A DNA stretch of 64,000 nucleotides, from positions 102,064 to 166,063 of the forward strand of contig JAFQOO010000008.1 in NCBI GenBank assembly GCA_017403145.1. Reading direction: 5' to 3'. Under the pieces are notes generated by a model. That model saw only the letters and a list, made by a program, of their open reading frames with translations. It searched no databases and was not told where the DNA came from. The position numbers and the translations under genes were made by a program. The first letter of the stretch is position 1, and each line of letters begins with the position of its first letter. Below are positions 17,860 through 23,945 of this stretch, piece after piece. The stretch comes from Clostridia bacterium (GTDB lineage: Bacteria > Bacillota > Clostridia > Christensenellales > DTU072).

Positions 17860-18210
17860 TTAATCCATAAAATCCATAACAGCTATTTTTGTAAGGTCTT
17901 TACTCAATTTTTGTAAGATATTCGTACAAGCGTCGATAGCATTTTCAAAATTCTTATTACTGTTAGTTATACGTGCCAAATCTTTTTTCGAAATGCCTTT
18001 TATAACTTCTTCGTATTGACCATTCAACATAAGAGCTTGGGATACTTCGTAAATGGCTTTTATCGTTTCGTAGATATCGCTTTTACTTTTTCCCTCCTCG
18101 ACCGCCTGTTTTTTGCATACTGCGTTTCCACGCTTTTCGACTTCAAGAACTCTTAACGTCGCTCTTCTTTCGGTATAGATAAACTCTTTGATACTATTGG
18201 TTAATTTCAT
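17860..18210 (-). CDS. Short paralogue (116 aa) of the N-terminal and core part of ORF 16980..17711
   Basis: Shared motifs: SIKEFIYTERRA vs SFIYTEEKA, and NGQYEEVIKGISKKDLARI vs NGLYEEVIKSIPEKMLPRM. Has its own promoter and AAGGAAGAGG RBS region. Confidence 0.55.
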   Translation of the reverse strand: MKLTNSIKEFIYTERRATLRVLEVEKRGNAVCKKQAVEEGKSKSDIYETIKAIYEVSQALMLNGQYEEVIKGISKKDLARITNSNKNFENAIDACTNILQKLSKDLTKIAVMDFMD

Positions 18211-18266
18211 TTTACCTCTTCCTTTTAGTTTTTAGGGGAGAATAACCTATCCCCTCTTATGCCTCT

Positions 18267-18295
18267 ATTATATAATTTTGAATATGGAACTTCAA
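18267..18295 (-). promoter_or_regulatory. Consensus sigma-A promoter upstream of ORF 17860..18210
   Basis: On the minus strand: TTGAAG (18290-18295), 17 nt, TATAAT (18267-18272). Followed by a leader hairpin AGGGGA-taggttatt-CTCCCCT. Confidence 0.55.
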
Positions 18296-18360
18296 GGGCA
18301 AAATCCTTAACGAATTACAACTTTTAATATTGATTTTCATAAAAATTCAACCATTTTGGA

Positions 18361-18397
18361 AATTCCCCGCCTACTCTCGTGGGATAAGCGGGGAATT
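18361..18397 (-). terminator. 10-bp GC-rich hairpin just downstream of the T4CP-like gene (possible terminator or processing site)
   Basis: AATTCCCCGC-(17 nt)-GCGGGGAATT. On the minus strand it is followed by TTTCC AAAA, so the U tract is weak. Confidence 0.4.
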
Positions 18398-18403
18398 GGT
18401 TGA

Positions 18404-20239
18404 TTAGTCGTCGAATACTCCCCAAGCTCCTAAGATGTCTTGGTTAGTTCTACGCTTTTTAGTCTTAGCGTTACGGTCGTAAGGGCTTATGGTTTCCGAT
18501 AAAAGCTTTCTCTTTCCGAAAATGGACTTGCTTATGGGCTTACGGAAATCTTGATAGGTTCCTTGCTCTGCCGCTACGTAACTTCTTATATATTGAGCGG
18601 TTACAAGAGGTAGGTGCAGACGCTTCATATAGATATGTCCGGGCTTAATAAGGTCAAGCTGGCTGATGGGCAAAAGTGCTACTTCGACAAGGTCGGAGTT
18701 ATCTAGACCGCTATAAGCGCGATAGCTGGGGACGGTAGTCCTACCGCAGTTCTCGGAAAACTTTACGAGGGTTGCTCTGTTTTGCGAACCGAGGAAGGTC
18801 AATGCGTTACAGTTATCTCTTATGATTTCGGCGCCGTTTACTCCATAAAGCTGTTCGATTTGGTCGTACGATTGAACGTATAAGTGGAACCACATATTAC
18901 GCGAACGCGAGGTTGCAATTTTGTTGTGGAAATCGGTTATTTCGGGAATATTACCGAACTCGTCCAATATAAAGTGAATGGGGCGAGCGTTGGCATTGGT
19001 TTCCGCCATATGGAGTCCTATGCGATAGAAATAGTTGATAAAGCTTGCAGCGATAAAGTAGTCGCTCTTTTCGTAGTCGCGAGTACTTACGAAAATGGCA
19101 ACGGGCTTGGTCTTTGCAACTTCTTCTATGTCGAAAGTGGTTTCACAAGTGAGTTGATAGATATAAGCTTGGAACCAGCTACACATCTTGTTATCGAATA
19201 CGCCGACGTAGCTTTTCATAGTGTTATTAGCATTATTTAAACAGCTGCGGAAAAGGTCGATGGTGGAGGGCTTTCTTCCTTTTATTAAAGGATGGTCGTC
19301 TAGCGAACAGTCTTGCGACACTATTGGAACACGCACGTTCATATAGAAATCGTAAAGGCTTTTTATGGTGAACTGTTCTCTAGTTAAGCCAATTTGAGGG
19401 TCCTCGACGTCTTCGAGCATACAAGTTAGTATACCTCTAAAAAGCTCTTGTGCACCATACTCCCACAAGGGGTCTTTTTGAGATTCTACCGTTATCAAAT
19501 CATGGCTCAATTGGTTAACCATATGGACTATTTCGGATTCCATCATCTCTCTTTGCACGGCTATATAATGCGAACAACTCTCAAAGCTAGCGAAGGCTTT
19601 ATTACCCAAAACGTAGAAGATTGAACCATACTCTTGTATGGAGTCGAAGAGCTCGTAATTATCAAGAGAGCCTGAAACTTCTTTCAAATCTCTACCCAAA
19701 TTTAGGTACTCTTGTTTCGCGTCGAAAATTTCGCCTAGAGGATTCCAGCTATGGGACTGGAATATATCACGGAAATTCAAAACGTATATTTGATAGCCTT
19801 GTGATTGGATAAAGGAAGCGTGCTTTTCAAATAGCTCGCCCTTGGGGTCGGTTGCAAAGATATGTGGCTTATCCTTTTGATATGCTATAGCGCGAAGCTG
19901 AGGCTCTACGCAACCGGTGGTTTTACCGCTACCGGTAGTACCTGCGCAAAGCTCGTGGCAACAAGGAAGATAGTAATATCTCAAGCGACAAGCTTTTTGT
20001 TCTTCTTTAGAAAGAGTTGTATAGCTTGCCATATCGTAAGCTTTGCCATCGGGCGCGACGAAATCGCTAGCAACGGGATAACCATTCATTACTCTATTAG
20101 GTAGTTCGTCGTAGAAAACTTTTTGAATGCAGTGCTCTTCTTTCAACTCGGTATAGTCGATTTTCCTAGAATATTCACAATATTCTTGTATATAATTCTG
20201 GCGACGTATATCATTTATGTTTGTCTTATGCATGGTCAT
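18404..20239 (-). CDS. Soluble VirD4/TraG/TraD-like (type IV coupling protein family) ATPase
   Basis: Walker A CAGTTGSGKTTGCVEPQL; ATDPKGELFEK...SWNPL; Walker B region IHFILDEFGNIP; SRSRNMWFHLYVQSYDQIEQLYG...IIRDNCNALTFLGSQN...FSENCGRTT. All match T4CP signatures. No N-terminal TM helices. Start moved to the ATG at 20239 (MTMHK), which has AGGAGGA 8 nt upstream; this removes the overlap with the upstream gene. Confidence 0.8.
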   Translation of the reverse strand: MTMHKTNINDIRRQNYIQEYCEYSRKIDYTELKEEHCIQKVFYDELPNRVMNGYPVASDFVAPDGKAYDMASYTTLSKEEQKACRLRYYYLPCCHELCAGTTGSGKTTGCVEPQLRAIAYQKDKPHIFATDPKGELFEKHASFIQSQGYQIYVLNFRDIFQSHSWNPLGEIFDAKQEYLNLGRDLKEVSGSLDNYELFDSIQEYGSIFYVLGNKAFASFESCSHYIAVQREMMESEIVHMVNQLSHDLITVESQKDPLWEYGAQELFRGILTCMLEDVEDPQIGLTREQFTIKSLYDFYMNVRVPIVSQDCSLDDHPLIKGRKPSTIDLFRSCLNNANNTMKSYVGVFDNKMCSWFQAYIYQLTCETTFDIEEVAKTKPVAIFVSTRDYEKSDYFIAASFINYFYRIGLHMAETNANARPIHFILDEFGNIPEITDFHNKIATSRSRNMWFHLYVQSYDQIEQLYGVNGAEIIRDNCNALTFLGSQNRATLVKFSENCGRTTVPSYRAYSGLDNSDLVEVALLPISQLDLIKPGHIYMKRLHLPLVTAQYIRSYVAAEQGTYQDFRKPISKSIFGKRKLLSETISPYDRNAKTKKRRTNQDILGAWGVFDD

Positions 20240-20256
20240 ATTCGTATCCTCCTTTA

Positions 20257-21186
20257 TTATAATCCAAAGCCGAAGCCGGCACGCTTGAGAGGTTTGAACG
20301 AGGAGTTGGTGAGCTCCTTCCACTCTTTTCTCTCATAGTTATTTATGTAACCCATTCTATCGTAGTTGTCGATATTAGCGTTTTGCATTGCTTCAACGAA
20401 TGCGAAGTCAATTCTATTTACGCCTACTCCGAATACGATATCTTGTTTTACGCTTGCGATAAAGACGTAATAGTTACGAGCCTTTTCGCTATAATTCTTT
20501 TCTTCTTCCTTAGGTATGATGGTGTAACCTTCGTCAAGATACTTCTCTGCAAGAGAGGCTACTTCGTACATAAGTTCGCTGTTGGTTTTATCCCCGGTAA
20601 GCTCGTAGGCATAGGCTAGCATATACATAGAAGGGATATCACCCCAAGCAACACACTGTGATAGACGATGTATGCCCTTTTCGTAATTTTGCTCGCAACC
20701 GATACCTAAAAGGTATAGCAATCCAGTTTGTCTGGTTAATAGAACGTGTCCCGAAGAGGCACTCGCTCTAATTTTGTTAAAACGTGTATGAGGCTGATAT
20801 AGAATAATTTGAGTATAATCAAACCATTCTTCATTAAGCATTCCTTCACATTTAGTTGCCATAGAGTGCAATTCACTAATAGCGTCGCACTTCATATCCA
20901 TAATATATTGTTCATCGTTGAGTTCGTCGTAGTTTAGCACTTCAACGTTCATCGCGTTGACGGTACGACGGTCTTCTAGATAGTTGATTCCCATCATTTT
21001 GTCGCTAAAAATGGTGGCCTTGGCAAATTCTACGAAAGACTTATCACTCTTATATGCATTGCCGATAAAAGATATTATTTTCTTCATATCTTCTTGATAA
21101 GCAATAGAGTGAGCGTTGGACATCAAGGTCGTAGAAAATACCATCGTGTAATATTGTTGATAATTTTTAAATACTTCGTGCATCAT
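20257..21186 (-). CDS. Sel1-like repeat (SLR/TPR-type) protein
   Basis: TGLLYLLGIGCEQNYEKGIHRLSQCVAWGDIPSMYMLAYAYELTGD fits the Sel1 repeat consensus. The start is uncertain. I favour the ATGATG at 21186 (GGAAGGA RBS) over the track start at 21327, which overlaps the upstream gene by 62 nt. Confidence 0.55.
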   Translation of the reverse strand: MMHEVFKNYQQYYTMVFSTTLMSNAHSIAYQEDMKKIISFIGNAYKSDKSFVEFAKATIFSDKMMGINYLEDRRTVNAMNVEVLNYDELNDEQYIMDMKCDAISELHSMATKCEGMLNEEWFDYTQIILYQPHTRFNKIRASASSGHVLLTRQTGLLYLLGIGCEQNYEKGIHRLSQCVAWGDIPSMYMLAYAYELTGDKTNSELMYEVASLAEKYLDEGYTIIPKEEEKNYSEKARNYYVFIASVKQDIVFGVGVNRIDFAFVEAMQNANIDNYDRMGYINNYERKEWKELTNSSFKPLKRAGFGFGL

Positions 21187-21265
21187 CTTTATAATCCTTC
21201 CTTTAGTTTCGTAGTTATGTTTTTGCGATTGGGTTGCTTCATGGTTAAAATAACTTGCGTTGTTT

Positions 21266-22213
21266 TTAGTTAGCCTCCATTTCATCCATAAATTTTCTTT
21301 CGTTGATATTGCCTTTGATATAATCAACGAGTATTGGGTAATATTTTGATAATGTTTGGGTTACCGAGTCAAAGATTTCTTCGTATCTTCCGGCTGAGAA
21401 AGTTGCTTTGTCCGAGTCTACTATTATGCGGTAAGTAACCTGCCCTTTATAGAAGTCTACGTTAAATAATCCGTACTCCATTTTGTTGTTTAGATGGGCG
21501 ATAGCCATCATAACGTCAGCCCCTCTTTCTAGCTCGAACCCACAAGGTAAAAGGTGTGTTAGTGCTATCAATTCGCCCTCCATATCACCTTTTAAAAACA
21601 TCGGTATGGTCCTACCCGATTCGGGTGTCTTACCTTTAAGCTTCCACTTATATGCGGTTAATCCGTGATGGGAAGTTACAAACAAACCGAATTTTTCACA
21701 AGCCTTTTGTGCGTGTCTTATGCGCAATCCCTCGTCGCTATTACGGGTGTCGCCGGAATAATAGTAAGTGTTTCTTTTGAAACTATTAACGTTTCCCGTT
21801 TCCAGCAAGGTTGCCAAATCCTTTTCAAAAGATTCGCAGGCTCGTTTTAAGGTGAATATTTGGTGTTTTAGTGATACCGTGCTTGTTAGCGATGGTTCTA
21901 TAAAGATTTTTCTTTTAACGCCTACCTTTCTTTTATCTATATCGCAAACGTAAACTATATTTTTTCTCCAGCTATCCCTGATTAGGTTGTTCAAGTAAGC
22001 TACTGCTAGTACTGCATCGAGTAAATTGTTCCTTGCGATTTTTATATGATAGTAAACTAGAAATTCAAGTTCGTTTTTTTCGAGGTCTAGCCTTACCTTC
22101 AAATCGTAGTTCTCGTCTTCCCAAGAGGCTTCGCATATTTTATTGGTAATATTTTTTCTTTCTTTGATTTTTGCCATTATAAAATCAACTGATTTTCTGG
22201 TTGCTTCTTGCAT
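21266..22213 (-). CDS. Tandem YbjN/CesT-type (secretion-chaperone-like) domain protein, candidate
   Basis: Two internal repeats with the pattern ...LLDAVLAVAYLNNLIRDSW...VYVCDIDKRKVGVKR... and ...GADVMMAIAHLNNKMEYGLFNVDFYKGQVTYR..., reminiscent of YbjN-family domains. First gene after the promoter. AAAGGAGG RBS. Confidence 0.4.
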   Translation of the reverse strand: MQEATRKSVDFIMAKIKERKNITNKICEASWEDENYDLKVRLDLEKNELEFLVYYHIKIARNNLLDAVLAVAYLNNLIRDSWRKNIVYVCDIDKRKVGVKRKIFIEPSLTSTVSLKHQIFTLKRACESFEKDLATLLETGNVNSFKRNTYYYSGDTRNSDEGLRIRHAQKACEKFGLFVTSHHGLTAYKWKLKGKTPESGRTIPMFLKGDMEGELIALTHLLPCGFELERGADVMMAIAHLNNKMEYGLFNVDFYKGQVTYRIIVDSDKATFSAGRYEEIFDSVTQTLSKYYPILVDYIKGNINERKFMDEMEAN

Positions 22214-22521
22214 TTATGCACCTCCTTTAAAACGATTAAAAACTTTCCCTTGTCTTAACAAAACAAATAAAGACATACCTAACGCGCCAAATATTAGCAC
22301 GTATATATACTAGTCGACAAAAACCGAGCAGAAACTGCCCGTTTAAATATTAAATTGATAAGGGTGTGGGAGTTAAAAATTTGCAACAAAAAACAAACTC
22401 TTCTTTAACTCTAAATTGTTACGATTGCTCTTTAAATTTCGTCCTTCACAGGGTATTACGTAAAGACGAATAAAAATTCCTTAAAACTTTTTTGGGAGAA
22501 TTCCCAATCTCGTCTAGATAC

Positions 22522-22550
22522 ATTATAGCAATTAGAAAATCAATAGTCAA
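22522..22550 (-). promoter_or_regulatory. Consensus sigma-A promoter driving the locus (about 300-nt leader)
   Basis: On the minus strand: TTGACT (22545-22550), exactly 17 nt, TATAAT (22522-22527). It lies inside track ORF 22446..22631, which I therefore reject. Confidence 0.65.
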
Positions 22551-22700
22551 TACTTTTTTTAAAAATAATTTCTTGACTTTTGTGCAAAAAAATCGCCTTT
22601 TTCGGTTGATTTTATAGAAATTATTTGCCATCGCGCGCGTTCTATATAATAGGAAAATCCTATGCTAAAATCTTAAACCAGATAAACAAACAAATAAATC

Positions 22701-22934
22701 CTATTCCTCAAAATCATTAAAATAATCCCTTTGAAAGAACTCCGCAAGAGTAATGCCAGCACCTTCACAAAAGCGTTTAACCGTGATAACTTTGGAGCAT
22801 TGAGTTCTTCCTTTTATTAGGTCATAAATACTTGAGGGAGACATTCCGCCCTTTAAACAAGCATCGCAAATACTAATATCCTTTTCCTTGCATATTTCTT
22901 CAATTCTTTTAACTATTGCATCGTTTAAACTCAT
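22701..22934 (-). CDS. XRE-family helix-turn-helix regulator (77 aa)
   Basis: Cro/C1-type HTH pattern ...KDISICDACLKGGMSPSSIYDLIKGRTQCSKVITVKRFCEGAGITLAEFF. AAGGAG RBS. Confidence 0.8.
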   Translation of the reverse strand: MSLNDAIVKRIEEICKEKDISICDACLKGGMSPSSIYDLIKGRTQCSKVITVKRFCEGAGITLAEFFQRDYFNDFEE

Positions 22935-22937
22935 ATT

Positions 22938-23068
22938 ACTAATCGTGGAACTCCTTTATGATTTTCCACGATTAGTATTACCCACTTCAAATTATTTTTC
23001 TCGTGGAATTCCACGATATTGACAAAATGCTCGACTTGTTATATCCTACTATCGTGGAATTCCACGAT
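22938..23068. promoter_or_regulatory. Operator cluster: three dyads built on ATCGTGGAA/TTCCACGAT around a divergent promoter
   Basis: TACTAATCGTGGAA-13 nt-TTCCACGATTAGTA (22938-22977); TCGTGGAATTCCACGA (23001-23016); ATCGTGGAATTCCACGAT (23051-23068). TTGACA (23019-23024), 17 nt, TATCCT lies between the last two dyads. Confidence 0.65.
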
Positions 23069-23083
23069 AGTAGGAGTTTGCTT

Positions 23084-23545
23084 ATGATATTGACTTTTAT
23101 AGGTCATCGCGACACTAGAATAACAGAAAAACTAAAAAAAGAAGTCCGTACACATCTAAGAAACTTTATCAATTTAAACGTTAAAACTTTTTACTGCGGG
23201 GGTATGGGTGCCTTTGATAATTTGTGTGCAGAATTACTAAAAGAGCTTAAAGAAGAATTTCCTCATATTAAAAGATATCTGGTCGTTCCCTATCTTGACA
23301 ACAATTTTTTAAGAATAGCTCAAGAACTAGTTTCAACAAATTATTATGATGAAATTTTGTACCCTCCAATTGAAAACGTCTTTCCAAAATATGCCATTTT
23401 AGCTCGAAATAAATATATGATAGATAAAGCCGACCTCTTAATTTCATTCGTATCACAACGATATGGTGGAGCATATCAATCTTTTTTATATGCTAAAAAG
23501 AAAAAGTCTTCAATTCAAATTATTAACTTAGGAAGTTTAAATTAA
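23084..23545 (+). CDS. SLOG-superfamily DUF1273 / YpsA-like protein
   Basis: MILTFIGHRD...FYCGGMGAFDNLCAE...LARNKYMIDKADLLISF match the DUF1273 (YpsA/YoqJ-like) pattern. I prefer the start at the ATG at 23084 (AGGAG 7 nt upstream). The track start at 23003 lies in the operator and promoter region. Confidence 0.7.
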   Translation: MILTFIGHRDTRITEKLKKEVRTHLRNFINLNVKTFYCGGMGAFDNLCAELLKELKEEFPHIKRYLVVPYLDNNFLRIAQELVSTNYYDEILYPPIENVFPKYAILARNKYMIDKADLLISFVSQRYGGAYQSFLYAKKKKSSIQIINLGSLN

Positions 23546-23554
23546 AAAGGGCTC

Positions 23555-23917
23555 TTTTATGGATACCCTATAAGGGATTTTTAATTTAATACAAAAGTGT
23601 AGCCCACTATACTTCGCTTTAAGGCGAAACATGGTGGGCTTTTCTTATCCACAAAAGATTAAGATGATTTAGTTTTATTTTTAGCCTTGTGGCTAAAAGT
23701 GATATTGTTTACGCAGTAAACAGTTTAGACGAGCGAAGCGAACGCCAACTGCGTAAGCAGTTTTATTTTGGCTATCGCCAAAGTTATATTAAATAAATCC
23801 TTAACTCGCCGTAAGGCGAATATAACTGCCGTAAAGCAATCTCACTCGTCATTAGACGAATATCACAAATCCGTAAGGATTTATTTAGTTGCCGAATCCC
23901 TTGTAGGGACTCGGCTT
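23555..23917 (+). repeat. Copy 1 of a hairpin-rich intergenic element (candidate structured ncRNA or MITE/BOX-like element)
   Basis: Near-identical to 34682-35006 apart from one variable module. It contains at least 9 short stem-loops, several with GTAA loops. It is flanked by AAAAGGGCTCTTT (23545-23557) and AAAGAGCCCTTTTT (23918-23931), which are reverse complements of each other. Confidence 0.75.
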
Positions 23918-23945
23918 AAAGAGCCCTTTTTGTTTTAATAAATAA

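Noticed and set aside
18404-20239. Reading the T4CP-like gene as evidence of an integrated conjugative element or plasmid remnant
   Set aside because: No relaxase, VirB4/TcpF-type ATPase, pilin or channel genes, integrase, att-like direct repeats or tRNA are visible anywhere in the window. The gene sits in an operon with unrelated functions.
20240-20323. N-terminal extension of the T4CP-like ORF (track start 20323), and likewise the 21187-21327 extension of the Sel1-like ORF
   Set aside because: Both extensions overlap the preceding gene by 60 nt or more. Internal ATGs with good AGGAGG-type RBSs (20239 and 21186) give compact, non-overlapping gene models.
22446-22631. 61-aa minus-strand ORF from the track in the gap upstream of the big locus
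   Set aside because: It contains the best promoter of the region (TTGACT-17-TATAAT at 22522-22550) within its own body. It has no RBS, and its sequence is low-complexity and K/F/L-rich. It is more likely promoter and leader DNA.
23003-23083. Upstream GTG-start extension of the SLOG/DUF1273 ORF
   Set aside because: The extension is made of the palindromic operators and the promoter itself. A proper AGGAG-ATG start lies at 23084, where the family-typical MILTFIGHR N-terminus begins.
23645-23660. Perfect DnaA boxes (TTATCCACA) inside both copies of the intergenic element (also near 34770), considered as a secondary origin or DnaA-titration site
   Set aside because: There is a single box per copy with no clustering and no adjacent AT-rich unwinding element. 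One such 9-mer is roughly expected by chance at this window size, and the second is simply the duplicated copy.
23760-23900. The array of ~20-nt hairpin submodules as a possible CRISPR-like array
   Set aside because: The repeats are not identical, their period is about 19-23 nt with no unique spacers of CRISPR size, and no cas genes are present. It fits a modular hairpin repeat better.
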